From: Tubiluchus corallicola
Lineage: Eukaryota; Animalia; Priapulida
Assembly: GCA_030141605.1 (NCBI GenBank)
Contig: JAQGDQ010000179.1
Span: 374,589 to 438,588, forward strand
DNA length: 64,000 nucleotides
Reading direction: 5' to 3'
Each line of letters starts with the position of its first letter. Position 1 is the stretch's first letter. The position numbers were made by a program, and so were the translations under genes. The notes under the pieces were generated by a model. That model ran no database searches, was not told the DNA's origin, and saw nothing but the letters and a program-made list of their open reading frames with translations. Shown one piece after another: positions 38,501-52,286 of this stretch.

Positions 38501-39267
38501 AATCCACACATAATCACTTTTTATCATTACCTAAAAATGGATTAATTTTCAACAAATTTTGTGTTTATTACAATTTTAAACAATCGGTCCTATAACACCA
38601 AGCTTATTGTTCAAAACTAGCATTTAATCTTGAATGGATAAGGAAAACTTAGCCAAAATTTGTAAGAGTTTATTTATAAATTAACAAAGAATAAATTTAA
38701 AGTGAAATACGAATGATCCAACAAATAAGAAAAAAGAAACGATGAGATGTCTCCAACAAATAAGAAAAGAAAATGATGAAATGTCTAACATTAAATACAT
38801 GTAGTAGTTTACCTTCGTCTTTCTGTTTAATGGTAATATCATCACTAGTTTCAATTTTTCCACGAAAAACTCGTTGCATCATAAGAATAAGTTCATCATA
38901 TGTTATGTCATCATTGTAAACAGGAATTCGTCTGATATCATCTCCAAGTTGAGCCTAAATAATACAAACAATTGCAACATACATTTGAAATACAATGTTA
39001 TTACATTTGCAAAACGCTTATTATCCGTAGGAGGGCGTCAATGTGTAAAACTTGCTTGGAGCAGACGGATGTCCACTATTTCAGTATAACAGGACAAATG
39101 CAGGATTAAAGGATTAATGTTATTTCTTCAATGATTCAATATGGTTGCAGGAAAAAATTGGTCACAAATGTTAAGACTCTCAGCTCGAATGTAAGCATGA
39201 TTACCTTTATAATCAGTTTACCAGAAAGATCTATTGCCGGGCAGTTGTTCACTTGTCGACCATCCAT
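32569..39267 (-). CDS. TFG: TFG (trafficking from ER to Golgi regulator), ~381 aa, 8 coding exons: 39267-39205, 38954-38813, 37366-37283, 36873-36715, 35665-35546, 34628-34431, 33878-33666, 32735-32569
   Basis: PB1 domain [66 protein letters not shown], coiled coil [29 protein letters not shown] and VMSSFG, then a P/Q/Y/G-rich tail with NPYSR. Splice phases are consistent. A probable 5' UTR exon donor lies at 41957 with acceptor at 39307. Confidence 0.96.
37866..38289 (+). mobile_element. pogo/Tigger-family internally deleted DNA transposon in a TFG intron
   Basis: Perfect TIRs ccgtattttcccatgtataagagaccc / gggtctcttatacatgggaaaatacgg with TA on both sides. It retains a transposase C-terminus ([32 protein letters not shown]). 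Confidence 0.9.
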
Positions 39268-39779
39268 AGTACTTGGTTTTCAGGTGACTCACAAGTATTA
39301 AATAAATCTGAAAAACAATATAGCAGTGACAGAAAGCATGTGAAATGGTGAATAATGGCATTAAAGTAAATTGCCTAAGTCTCAAAATAATGAAAGCTCA
39401 GCAATGTAATTTTCTATAAAGTCAGATACACTGCAAGACAGAATCTAACACTGGTAAGATGGGACACTACAGAAACTAACTAAATGCCAAAAATAATCCC
39501 AGACTGACAAGAAGTGCTGGATCCACTGAGTTTTTAAAAATACTTTAGTCACTTTAATGTGCAAGCTCATGGCCAAATGTACCTAATGCGTAATGCCCCA
39601 CGAATTCTCCGCACTATTTTTTCTAAATAAAGGAGTTCATTCAAAATAAGCTGTTTAGAAACAAAATGAACATGATTCATGTCTTTTTCGAACAGACACG
39701 GACAGATACAAATTCAGGTTTACAAATTAAAACTGGTGAAGTTCAAATATTGATAAATCATGCTGCATTCATTGACACA

Positions 39780-40630
39780 CTGAATTTCGTAGAAAATGTG
39801 CATAAAAGAGCAAAATCTAGGTACCAACAAAAATGGAGTTCGTTCCGACACAAATATAGCCTTTGCATAGGCGAACAGCATATCACTAGTTCATTGTTCA
39901 TCCGATTTTGATTTTTTCAACACATTTTGTACATGATGTTCATAAATGATTGTAATTCGTACCTCGAGGGTTTGACTGAATACAATTAAATGAGTTAGCA
40001 GTATAGTATATCAGAAGAAATCATGGAGGTCCATCAAGAGCAGAGTGTTCCCCAACAAGACGGAACTGTAATAGGGTCAATACTATTCCTAATGTACACC
40101 AACAATTTACCAGATAATTACAACTCATAAGTGAAACTGATTTTAGACAATAATCTACAGAACATTCATGTCACATAGGAACAACTGTGGACTGTAAAGT
40201 AATGTAAACTTATTAGACAAATGTGCACATACTTACTAAATGCCTTTCAAAGTGGAAAAGTGCAAGGCCCTCCATTTAGGGAAAGACAGCGCAAGTCACT
40301 ACTACATGTGCAACAATACAAATCAGTCAGTTCAAGTAACAACATTGACAAAGCACAAGACTTAGGAATTGTAATCGACCAGTTCCTCGCATTTGATGAA
40401 CACATCGACGAAATATCAAAACGAGCTAGGAAACAATTATAAATGGAAAGGCGATGTTTACCTATGATATAGCTATTTTGTACAAAACATTCATAAGACC
40501 AATTCTGAACTACGGTGATATAGTTTGGCGGAAAGTCACTAAGTTAGTACCAAAAACTAGAGATCTATCAAAGCAGAGAGAATGCAGACATTGAAGTTAC
40601 TATCCCTACGTTTCAGAAAAGGTGACAACA
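39780..40630 (+). mobile_element. Degenerate CR1-like LINE RT fragment in the TFG 5' intron
   Basis: Broken motifs VPQ..GTVIGSILFLMYTN (~40045-40105), DLGIVID (~40360) and YKTFIRPILNY (~40480-40515). Confidence 0.6.
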
Positions 40631-40984
40631 TCATGCTCTATTGCATCTCTATTAAACAACCGCAGAAGAATGGTAATTCAATTCAAATTTATTTTCTCAA
40701 TAGCAGTAAAAATTCGACATAATTATTTTTACATTTCATTGCAATTGAGGAGCAGCGAAAGACCTATAGGTCACTTGATCAGCTGCCCCTTATTAAAAAT
40801 ACAAGCTTACTTACAGGCGCATGACATTTTTAGGTGTTTTCATATATATATATAAAAAACATTATAGTATTAAAAATAGATTTGGTATTAAATTAAGTAC
40901 TAAGTAGCAGAAATGTATATTTAATCTAGTCAAATTTTTAAAGGGCAGAAAAATAGTAAACGAGAATTTCAAAAAAAAATTTCA

Positions 40985-41300
40985 ATCAAGCAAAAGCAAC
41001 AAATATCAACTCAAAGCAGAAACGCAATTCAACGCATAACAAAGCATAACATCAAGCAAAAAATTAATGGAATTCAATGTAGAGCAAAAAATAATATTGA
41101 ACAAAAGCAACAAAAATCAACTCAAAGCAAAAACGCAATTCAACTCAGAATAAAAGGAAGTTATCACAAGCAATGCAAAACGGAATTTAACTTCTAGCAA
41201 AAAATTTATATCAAACAAAAGCAACAAAATCAAGCTCAAAGCGTAAAGAAAATAATTTAAACGTAAACAAAATCAAACTCAAAACGTAAACAAAATAATT
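40985..41300. repeat. Diverged A-rich tandem repeat, period ~113 bp
   Basis: aaaagcaacaaa(a)atcaactcaaagc recurs at ~40992, ~41103 and ~41217. Confidence 0.6.
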
Positions 41301-42129
41301 TCTCATCAAATCCACATGAAGTGAGATATAAGGTCACTAAACCTAGATGTTGAAACAAGAACAGATTAATTTCCAGAGTGACAATGAGCGGAAATCCCTC
41401 ACTACATCGATATGGAGCACCACATCAACAAGTCAATTTACAAAAAATCGGGCGTACCATTTGGTACGTACTGGGACTAATATTCAGCGAAGTTCCACGA
41501 TCCGTTCCAGCCCAACTGGACAATATACGTCTTTTAAAAATTCAATCATTCTACCGTCTTAAACTTTCATTGAACAACCACTGACCAGTTTTTCTCAGAA
41601 TACCACAGCAACCACCACTAGGCGGCACTTTCACGAGAAAGACAATCTCCAAGAAAAACAAAAATAACAAACGCAAGACAGAAAGTGAGAGACAAAACGA
41701 TAGGCGGAGGAATAAGGAGAGAAAAACAAGGGACAAAAAGGCAACAGGCTATATAAAGTCTTCGCCCCATAAAACTACGGTAATGTTTTCTTTATTTAAA
41801 TGAAACCTAAAGCAATACTTTGGTGAGGTTACCTGCTAGCAAGTACAAGATTCTACAACAATATAAATTTCAGCAAAACTAATATTAACAAGCTTTACGT
41901 ATTTTCATTAAGAAACTAATTAAGAAAAACCGACACCGTGTCAGAAAGTGACTCACCAGAAGCAATCGATTACTGATTTTAATTGCACACAGAGGCTCTT
42001 GCCAAACGCATTTAATTCAATTTCGTTTCTTTGCACAAAAACCTTGGCACAAGGCCCACAACAGTGCCACAGGCAAAGTTGATGTTATACTATTATGAAT
42101 ATGCGGTTAAGCGAGTACAGGCATAGAAG

Positions 42130-42280
42130 CCCCATATTTTCCCGCACAAAACTGTTGATTAAGGATTTAAAATTTACTGTGGTTGCTGCGGCAATCACCA
42201 TGACAGGCAGATTATTCCATCCATCCACAACTCTCACAGAAAATGAATATTTGCGAATGTCAAGACGAAAAAATGTGTAA
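42130..42280 (-). mobile_element. CR1-type LINE 3' end fragment
   Basis: RLDIRKYSFSVRVVDGWNNLP...VNFK resembles the conserved C-terminal motif of CR1 ORF2. Confidence 0.65.
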
Positions 42281-43094
42281 AAGATATGTGGTGTAAATTT
42301 GAAATCAAGTTGATCGTGTCGATGGTCTCGCAAACACACACTTTATATTGTGTTTGTTTGCTCGCCACAGGTGGTGAAGCGATCGAGCGTGTCCACCACA
42401 TCCACGGCACAGTGCACCATGCTATGTGGCATGTACTGAACATTAACATCACGATCACTATCAAAATCAGTTCAAGTTTAAACTTCCAATTACAAAAATT
42501 ACTCAATTATTTATTTATTTGTATGATTTTCAGATTTTTTGATGGACGCCACACTGTCAAGTGTCGGCGAACTTATAAGAAAAATGCAAAATTGATCATC
42601 TTTTTGCAGTTTTTGTTAATGCAGTGAAACGCAATTATAGTCCCTAACGCAATTTCGCGAAACATGCAAACAATGAAACATGATAAAATAAATTTGACGA
42701 CCAAGCACAGGTTAACAGAACGTTCTTTGCACTCCATGGACGTCCGCATCAAGCACATCTATAATTTATGATTAAGATTAAGAATAACATTAAGATTATT
42801 TATTTATTTATTTCCATTAAGTTTGACAGTACATAATAGACATAATATTAATGTTATAACAGTTTAGCAAACTGGTAAGTATTCGTTGGTCTAGCCTACT
42901 AGAAGTGATGTTAAAAAGAATGGTTAATTATCGTGTAGAAAAGTACATGACTGGATTAGAGTATAGTAAATTGTCTTTAGAAATTTGATCATTGAAGTTC
43001 ATTTTCAGCATAATAAAATGAGAAGTAAAAAGTATTGATATCAAGTGTGATAAATTAAGCAAAAACAAAATTAAATAATATAACATGATATATG

Positions 43095-43096
<2 letters not shown>

Positions 43097-43161
<65 letters not shown>
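43097..43161. repeat. (TAA)n microsatellite
   Basis: Directly visible. Confidence 0.95.
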
Positions 43162-43162
<1 letters not shown>

Positions 43163-45103
43163 GAGCATAACACACGAGAAGCACCATTTTCTATGAGAAC
43201 AACAATTGTGGAAGTGAATACAGGCATAAAACTCAAGTTTGTGTAACGTACAATGAAATAAGGCGAAATTAAACCAAATTATAAAAAAATCTATTGAAGG
43301 AAATAGCTCAAATAAGGCTTGAATTAAAAAATTTAAACATTACCAGTGATAATATGTAATGGAAATTTTGGACAGTAAAAAAATGATATTGGAGCAAAAT
43401 AAAAGCCTGTCAAAAGAAACACGCCAAAACAACTCAAAATGACTCAAGACTAAAGTAAAATTGTAAAACTTTTGACTTTCGTAGAATTGTGAATCTGACT
43501 GCAAACAAAGAAGCACAAAAAATTCAAAGAAATGAAACAAGACAAAATAACACTGATTTGGTTAACATTTAATTGGTGGTAATTATATAGCTGACAATAA
43601 TTCTCTTTTAAATCTTTCAGCTAAAGCACCGGAGTTTGTGATAATGAGGAAGCGATGAGTTCCATAGTTTTACGTCCTCGGCGGTATTTTAGCGATTTCA
43701 GACCCAGCAAAACATTGAAACGTTTAACGTAATAAAAATTATTTGCAGCAGACCTAGCTTGTATGATGTGTATGAATATTAGAAACAGTGGTGAAACAAT
43801 TTGCATCTAGTCCAGGAAGTAATAATTGTTGCTCACATTGAAGCATAAATTTAGCAAGTTTTAATTTATGAATGTTATTTAGTTTGAGTATAAGCCGAGT
43901 TTAGAATAATGAGTGGCATATTCTCTAAATTTGGCAAACATAATTATTCTAACTATTTTATTTTGCTGGGTAGTCAAAGCAACGCCTTTAGCCTCCTCAC
44001 CAGATCCACACTGCGCCATATTGATGTATGTCTGCACAATATCTGCAACGTTAATTTTAAAATTTGGAATAATCCGGAAAAAACAAATGAATTTACAAAC
44101 GTATGTATCAGTTATTATGTCATAATAAAAACAGTAACAGACACACTAAGGGTTGAATTTTATTGCGAATTATTGTACTTCACTAGCCATAAGGCCTTTC
44201 TTATTTTGCAGCTAAAATTAATATTTACGTCTGGACAGCAGGCATTTAGCAAAAAGCACAGTGGTGAAATAGTAAAGCAAAAATTTTATTCAGGGGAATG
44301 GAATCGCCGCTCTTGCGCAAAACTTAATTGTGACTGTCAATAATTTTCTGCTTGTTCTTTTGTGTATAGCTGTTTCTGAGTCCGCAGTATATACAAAGAA
44401 AACATCCAGTCCACTTTAGTAAATCTGTAACATTCTCAATTAAATCCTCGTCCGTTTACACTTTTTTAACTTAACTATTCAAGTTGGTTTTGGTTTGCCA
44501 GGTGGTATTTGCAAAATTTTACTGTTTCCTTAAAGCGATTCTTGCTGGTGTACTCATTTGGCAATTTGAGAAGGTGTTCCAGCTATTTTAGTCTTTGGAA
44601 CTGGATTTTTGAACTCCAGGGAATTTCTCTCATTCTAGTGGTAAATCTTTCATGATTACAAACGGAGTCAGCCATTTTATCTTTAAAACTGTCCGCGGAT
44701 TTTGTCTCAATTCATCACTATGGTTCACCATGCTTGCCTTTGCCACTTAGTCAAAGCGCCTTAGTCCAAGGTTTACGCTTTGTGACAAATCCATAATCAG
44801 TTAGTCAGTCACGTGGCATAGCAGACAGTTTTTGAACTTTTGATTGCAAATTTCATGGTAAGATCATCATCTAATTTATTATATTATATATCAAGTAAAC
44901 AGTGTAATAAGAACTACTACTACTAAATAGCAATTGCCATAGGGAGGACGAAATAAATTTAATTATAGCCTGCAGTGGCTGCCATCACTACCGTAGTCAC
45001 ATCCTTCTTGCTTAGTTACCTTCACAACATCAATTCGTGCACAGTGAACTTGGCTACGGTTTTGAGTCAGGAACCAAAAATACCGTGAAAATTTTGTGAC
45101 ATG

Positions 45104-45250
45104 AAAATGGCGGCTTGTAAATCTCATGTTTTTATCGTACTAGTTCTGATATTTATAATCATATCTAACTAATGGAAACACTGAAAGTTTGAAAAAATTG
45201 GTGATTTCGTGAGAGAACGACGTATTTTATTAATTAGTATGGGCCAATCA
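45104..45250 (+). promoter_or_regulatory. Candidate housekeeping-type promoter of NMES1-like copy 1 (YY1 motif, CCAAT box)
   Basis: AAAATGGCGGC at 45104-45114, GCCAATCA at 45243-45250 and E-box GTCACGTGG at 44808-44816. Confidence 0.4.
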
Positions 45251-45963
45251 AGCCTAGTTGACCGTTTCCACCCCACATTGTGAATTCACGATCTACAGCC
45301 ACCGAAGTCAGAAGAAATGTGTAAAACTTGTCAGAAAAATGACCTGCATACATGTATGTAGTGAGATAGTTGTATCCTACTAAGCTATGAGAACGGTGAA
45401 CAGGTCAAGTAAAAGTTCATGAGAGTTGATAGACTAGGGTTGATTAGTAATGGTAAATGTAGAATGTTCAGTGGAAGGGTAAAGGAGTGGGTTTAAGTTG
45501 TGTCGGTTGTGCTGGGTGGTTACATTTGGATGTGAGCATATTGGAAAAAGTTCTAATAGAATGTTACTGTAATTTTTTCTTTTTATGGCTTTACAAATTT
45601 AAATAGATTGTACTAAGCACGTGGCATTAAGGGCGTTTATACATGCACTTACATTTTTACAGGATTCAAATTTCTAGTAATCGCAGCATTCTAAATCTTG
45701 TCTTGCAAAATTACCTGTAGTAACTGCCGTAGAATAGCTGGTTGGAAATCTAAAATCAATTTTATAACAGACAACCACATGTCCCTGATTGTACATGGTT
45801 GACCATCTCATTTATTCTTTACACACTTTTGTTATGACTAAGCATTATGCAGCGCCTGCAAAAAAATGAAATTTGTTTGATAAAATTAGATATAATTAAG
45901 TATAACGGCATAAACATATACATGAGATAATTTGCCATTTCTTTCAGGCATTGATAATGGTTA

Positions 45964-47073
45964 AATTTTAGTTTGAATGTATAATTGTTGCGAGATCTAC
46001 AATGTCGCAAATATTCAAGATCAACATTTACTTGTGTTCTAAGATTTGTGGTTGTAGGCCTACAGAAATGCAGTGTAAACTTGTTGGTTATACAATTTTT
46101 TGTAAATCTTTACTACTATTCATTTTTCCTAGGCCAAATTTAATTAATAAACATTAATAAATGTATTGAATAACTGTGCACTGTATAGAGTATACTGTCT
46201 TTAAAGACCTCTTTTAGTCTTTTCTTGCAAAATTTGGAAATGTCTCAAGCATTTCTTAATGTCTAGTAAACTACATCTATATGTTCCGTGTTCTGCTTTT
46301 TTGCATCTCTAGGTCAGTGTTCTCCCTACTGAAACAAAAATGTCTGACAAATTTCGGGAGATTAACAAAGGATATAAGTCGTTTGGATTTGGATTAAAAG
46401 CTCTAGGAAAATACTACGAGGTAAGTCTAGTTGACATAATTGTACTGAACAAGTGAAAAGTTCCTCTAACTAATGAAAAGGTGGCAACCTTAAATTTGAC
46501 TTGAACATATCACTGATGACATTTATAACAATTAGTATTAGGTTGCAGTGCATGCATGGCAAAGTGGGTTAAAGATTCACTATAAGACAAAAGATGTCAT
46601 TGTAATCATCATCGTCATCATCATCATCAGCAGCAACAACAGCAGCATCGTCATCACATATGTGGCAAAATAATTATTCAATATCAATCTGTATTGACCA
46701 TCTGTATCAGTAGCTGTTAATTAACTAAAGTATTGTTTTTTCAGCTTATTCCGATCACTGCAATAATAGGTTTGTTAAGTGTCGGAGTGGCTGGCTTTTC
46801 CATATACAGCCTCTTTTACAAGCCTGATGTTGTGTAAGTGACCTTTGACCTTTTCAACCTCCAAGTTAGGGTTCAAAAGTTATGTTCTCTTGCTTTGACC
46901 TATCTCTGTGTTAAGTTTGATGATTGTAATTACACCAATTTTGATTTTCTTGTCTGGACAAACATTACACAGACACGATTAAACCCACTACCCCTGCTAT
47001 ACCGACTGCATTTTTTATGACATTTAAATGTTTATACGCCAGAAGCATTATATATGGATTTTAGACGATAAAC

Positions 47074-47139
<66 letters not shown>

Positions 47140-47471
47140 TATTAGCAGAACATATAGATGTAGTTTACAAGACATTAAGAAATGCTTGCGACATTTCCAA
47201 ATTTTGCAAGAAAAGAGGTCTTTAAAGACAGTATACTCTATGCAGTGCACAGTTATTCAATACATTTATTAAAGTTTATTAATTAAATTTGGGCTAGGAA
47301 AAATGAATAGTAGTAAAGATTTACAAAAAATTGTATAACCAACAAGTTTGCACTGCATTTCTGTAGGCCTACAACCACAAATCTTAAAACGCAGAATGAC
47401 AATGTAAATGTTGATCTTGAATATTTGCGACATTGTAGATCTCGCAACAAATATACATTCAAACTAAAATT
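45964..47471. repeat. Long inverted repeat, arms 45964-46297 and 47144-47471
   Basis: The arms are near-identical reverse complements over ~330 bp, e.g. ttgttgcgagatctacaatgtcgcaaatattcaagatcaacatttac versus gtaaatgttgatcttgaatatttgcgacattgtagatctcgcaacaa. Confidence 0.95.
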
Positions 47472-50227
47472 CTTATTCTTATTATTATTCAGCATGGGTA
47501 ATGAGCACTATGGGCATATACAGTATAAATGAAACTAGATGTATGTGTGATATATTATTCTAATATCTTTAAAACTAAAGGTTGCAGAGATTTCTTTAAG
47601 CAGGCAATCTGAATATTTTTCATTGCCGTGTATATCCAATAGGTATTTCAGCAAGTTCATGTGGTGTTTAAAAAGTTGTGTAACTATATAATATGCTGTT
47701 TTGATGGGGATACAGTTTAAAGTTTTGTATTTTCCTGACTATCTGTTATTTGAGGTTGCAAATAAGGACAAGAAAACCTTAAATATAGCTTAAAAAGTTC
47801 GTCCTGAAATTCACATAAATGCTGTCTTTTTCCATACACAGCTTCTATTTTCTTCTCCTTCGATGGTCTCTATGACCAAGGAGCAAAATAATTAATAAGG
47901 ACATTGGCTGACTGAGGGACCAAACTACTTATCAATAGTAAACACTTAACACTTTTTCAAGGAATTAATCAAATGTAAACCCAAAGTCATTTAAGGATAA
48001 GAAAATTCAGACATCGTAGATTGCTTTGCCAAACTAACTAGCTAATGTAACTAAGTGACCCTTTGCCAGTTCGTCACCTGGCAGGCTGGCAATATTGCTG
48101 TTACTAATTTTTGCACAGTAAACCAATATTAATAAGCCGCAAGCCATTTATGGCAATCAAATTCCAAGACATTGCTATTACGGACAATTTGCTTATAACT
48201 AACTCTCGATATGTTATTGCAGGATAAACAAAAGTGCACCACCAAGGTTTGAAGAGATCGATCCTGAAAAGCCACAGAAGGTAGTGGAACGTGCCTATTG
48301 GTTTTAGCTATTAAATCCTTTGTTCTGAGTGGCTAGGTTCCAGGTCCTGTTTAAACTTCTGTATAATTATTAAAATCATGAAATATCATTGGCATATATG
48401 TGCACAGCTCAATTTACAAAAGGGCCACTACGCTGTGCTCACTGATTTTCAGGTTTCAATCTAATATACGTACGAAACCTGAGTTAGAAAGTGTGAACAA
48501 TTTTATGCTTCCACTATTTAGGACTCCATCGGACATATCTAATCAGTCACTAAGGCTGGCAGTAAGGTATGGTACGGTACGAAAAAAAAACTCTGAAAAG
48601 TACGTCACGGAATTACTGTACCGTGTTTTTCTTACCTTTATCGTACCGTGTCCGTACTATTTTTATTGTAGTTATGTGTAACATTTCCATGATCAGCAAC
48701 ATTGCGTGATGAGTTGCTAGTGGATGGGGACTTACTGTTCTTTCCTAATTAACACAGAGCACACGTGTTAGTTAGAGAACGGCTAGATTGGTTTATTTTG
48801 AGTGCAAAAGTGGCAAGGTGTTTAGTAGCGCCAGTTGTCATTTATCGTAAGTTACGATCATTGTTATATGTAAACTGGGTAGATCCGCTCCCCACGTTTG
48901 ATACGTCTTGATTTGACTCTGCCGATCCTTGCAAAACACTAAATATTTAATAGCTGAATATCGCCTTGGTTAAATGTTTGCTTTCCCGAAAAAATTTTCG
49001 AGACGTACCGACCTAACATATAATACAATAACCAGTGTGGGCACAGGATTTAATGACTATAGAAGCCACCATTGTCTGTGTATGCAAATATGTTACCTGC
49101 AGATGAAGTCATCCACCTAGCAGCTGTTTAGGTAGGACACTTTAAATTTGAATTAACATTGAATGTTTATCACTAGCGAGCACGTGATTTAAGACAACCA
49201 CCAAAAACTATTTAATAGGCCTAACGCATAGTGTCTGCCACAAAATTGTAAAATTATTAATTAAGCAAGAAATAGCTGAAAATAAATATATATCTTTTAC
49301 ATAATTGTGTAACTTTTGTAATCTAAAATAAATAGTATGGAGTTCTAACAGCAGTTCTATTTTTATAGTATACATGAATTCATAATAAGAATTGATAAAT
49401 TTACCGTTTTCACAATTAATTTTTTATGCTACTACTATGTAGTATGTAACGGAATTACGGTACGGTATTTTTAAAGGTACGAAGTACTTTATTTTATTGT
49501 ACTGTACAGTACTGCCAGCCTTGTCAGTCGCTAAGGGTCTAACAAGTATCAGTGAAAATTATTGTACACTCCCGTGTCAACACTGTATCAGAACAGTGTG
49601 TGCCAATCTATTAAAGCTACAAAAGCAATAGAAAGTATGAAAATTTTCGTACCACGCTAGGACTCGAACCCAAGACTTTGTTGCTTTCCGTGTAACTATG
49701 CTGACATTTAGAAGCTTTGAATTGACTGGCACATGCATCTGCTCCTGTCTGCCTAGAGCTTTAAGACAAACAGACTAGATGTTAATATTGGAGCCTAATG
49801 AACGTCCCTTAGGTATCTCTGTTGTTGTGAGTTTCTAGTCAGACTAGAATAATTAATTTATTAAAGACGTCAAATTGTTTTTGTTTTTTGCTACTGTTTA
49901 TCACAGATATAAAGTTTATCAAGCATAGATCTGCAATCCTTACATCAGTTTGTTGCTGTTATTAATTTAGTTTTCTTTCAGAACATTAGACGTACTGTAA
50001 AATAGGCTTGAATGCATTTGGTTGAATGCGGTGATTTTAATTGTATTTGATATGACTGCAGGGATGGGATTAATTCAGTTTTATTTGCTATGTATCTACT
50101 GTACTGACTTCCTTGTTTTGTTTAAATTATTTTGCAGTTTATTACGATTGCGCAAGAATACAAGCGCATACCAGAATTGGAAAAAGTGAAAAGAGAAGTC
50201 AAAGAGCTCTGGAGACCTGGATCATAA
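46340..50227 (+). CDS. C15orf48/NMES1-like (NDUFA4/COXFA4 family) cytochrome c oxidase-associated subunit, copy 1, 105 aa; exons 46340-46420, 46745-46833, 48223-48280, 50138-50227
   Basis: MSDKFREINKGYKSFGFGLKALGKYYE-LIPITAIIGLLSVGVAGFSIYSLFYKPDVV-INKSAPPRFEEIDPEKPQK-FITIAQEYKRIPELEKVKREVKELWRPGS*. It shows the ELIP + TM helix + YSL..K.DV + DP..PQK..TI.Q pattern and the 4-exon layout of the family. Confidence 0.85.
47075..47143. repeat. (ATT)n microsatellite abutting the inverted-repeat arm
   Basis: Directly visible. Confidence 0.95.
48551..49523. mobile_element. hAT-like MITE in the last intron of NMES1-like copy 1
   Basis: TIRs taaggctggcagta / tactgccagccttg, 8-bp flanks tcagtcac (48543-48550) / tcagtcgc (49524-49531), and subterminal gtaccg/cggtac repeats. 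Confidence 0.8.
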
Positions 50228-50754
50228 ACATGACAGTTTAAAAGGCATTCTTACGCTGTAGACGATTGTTTTGTGTGGTCAGTTGTTGACCATTGTTTAC
50301 AACATGTATATGTATATTTTTTTTATGATGAGTTCTGTCATGACCAGTATGAAAGTGCTAATGTGCGAGGGCACTAATGGAAAAAACGTTAATATATGGA
50401 ACCTTTATTTAAAAAATATAAAAAAGACAAAGACGTAGTTATAAAAAATTGTCAGTTTTGTTAGGTTTGAGTTTGACTATGCTTCCATATTTGAGAACGT
50501 AATCTTAGTTAATAATTTATAAACCAAAAACAGTTAAATTGTAGCCTGCAACGTGATGTACACTATGACGCAAAAAATTGCAAAATAAATTGCGTTTTTG
50601 TAATTTGTTTCTCTTGCAGTGTTTCATGTATAATTATAATTATACATTCAGTGATGATACAATGTACATAATAAGTGTATCTTCATAGTATTGTTGTCCC
50701 TAACTGCTTCATCTCAGCAAGTGGATACTTTTGTGTTTTTAGGCAAGAAGTCGT

Positions 50755-50985
50755 ATGATGATGACGATGATGATAATGATGGTGATGATGATGATGACGA
50801 TGATGATTGTGATGACGATTAGGTGATTTTGGTGGTGATAATGATATTGACGGGTATAATGATGCTGACACACAAGGACTACTATGTAATTGTGACAATG
50901 ATGATGATGGCAGTGATAATGATTATTATGATATTTGGCGATTCTTATCAGACTGATAAGATTATCATGATGATGTAGATGATAA
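50755..50985. repeat. Degenerate (GAT)n low-complexity tract
   Basis: Directly visible. Confidence 0.8.
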
Positions 50986-51176
50986 AAGAACGATTATCAT
51001 AAGGCTAACGGGCTAAAACTTCAATTTTTGCGGCTTGGCATAGACTTTTGGATCTGTCTATGTATTTTTGACTACTACATGTATAAAAGTCAATTGAAAA
51101 TGTATTAGGCGACTGGATTATGCTAGTGAAGTACGCACTGCGCAGAAAGAAAGAAATTCACGGATTCTGAGCTGTA

Positions 51177-51346
51177 ATTGGCTATGACGCGCACTGTTAT
51201 AAGCCCCCTGCCAGCCAATATTTTACTGCATTATGTGCCTTTCAGAGCCACTTGGCCACCGTGCTCTTAGCAGCCAGTTGCGCAATTCTTTACATATTTG
51301 TGTTATTCAGAACTATTCGTTCATTGCAAAAAGAAAACGCTAAAAA
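51177..51346 (+). promoter_or_regulatory. Candidate promoter and non-coding first exon of NMES1-like copy 2
   Basis: Reverse CCAAT (51177), TGACGC half-CRE (51185), TATAAG (51198), C/EBP palindrome TTGCGCAA (51278-51285) and donor A|GTAAGT at 51346/51347; acceptor at 53189. Confidence 0.45.
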
Positions 51347-52286
51347 GTAAGTTTAACCTAAGATTGATTTCTCTAAACGTTTTATTTTATTTATATAGAA
51401 TGCATGGCTCTGAAGACGATGCTAGAGCAATGCTTGTTCGACACTTAGTATTAATTTTCCGTGGTTAATTTCATACGGGAAAACATTTTGTCGTGTTAAA
51501 ACATTTGTAGAATCAAAACTCTTAAGCATTTTTTACACTGAACATGACGCGAAACATTAGTTATTAATGAGAAGTACGTACATTGTTTTTGATGTTCAGA
51601 GATAAATCTTGAAATTTATTAAAGCTTTACAACCCTCGCGTTTTTGTGTTGCTCAGAGCGCTAAATCACACAGAATCATCTAGAAGATTGAAAGTAAAAA
51701 ATTATCGATTCGAAAGTTGAAAGCGTGCCCGTGCCTCTGCATTGCGCATGTCTCGACAAAAATCTGATAGACAGAGCATTAAGAGCAGAGATAACGGTAC
51801 TGTTACGATAGCTTGCTATTGTAGTGAAAAAAACTGCGAAGCTATCATACAGTACCGTAAAATGTAATTCCGTTTATAAGTGGGGATTATTTGTAGGAAC
51901 TTCTAGTCCACAGTTATAGTCATTTTTGAGCTATATTGTTTGATAACTTTTTGTAATCATGACCAATAATCTTTCAGTTTTTGGCGAAAGAATAGGTCCA
52001 ATTGAATTTTGTTGTAGAAAGTATAAGGGGCAGCTGTATAATCATTGATATAAACTGAAATACTAAAACAATTTGCCCTTGACTGATTTTTTTTTCGTCA
52101 TCGGTTAAGTTTATCAGCAAACATTTTACTATGTTATAATTATTTTATTAAAACTAGAAATCCAAAAAACGCCATTTAAGTATTTCAATTTCCAAACTGA
52201 ACTGTGTGTTGAAATTCTGAGACTGTGAAAAATAATTAAGACTTTAATGTTGGTAATTCCGAGTCGCATGTCTTCCTGCAACTTAG

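Noticed and set aside
42928-47225. Poly-Ile ORFs
   Set aside because: Translations of (TAA)n/(ATT)n microsatellites.
50228-50400. miR-147b-like hairpin in the 3' UTR of NMES1-like copy 1
   Set aside because: Only a partial seed-like atgtgcga in a ~5-bp stem; no pre-miRNA-length hairpin was seen here or after copy 2.
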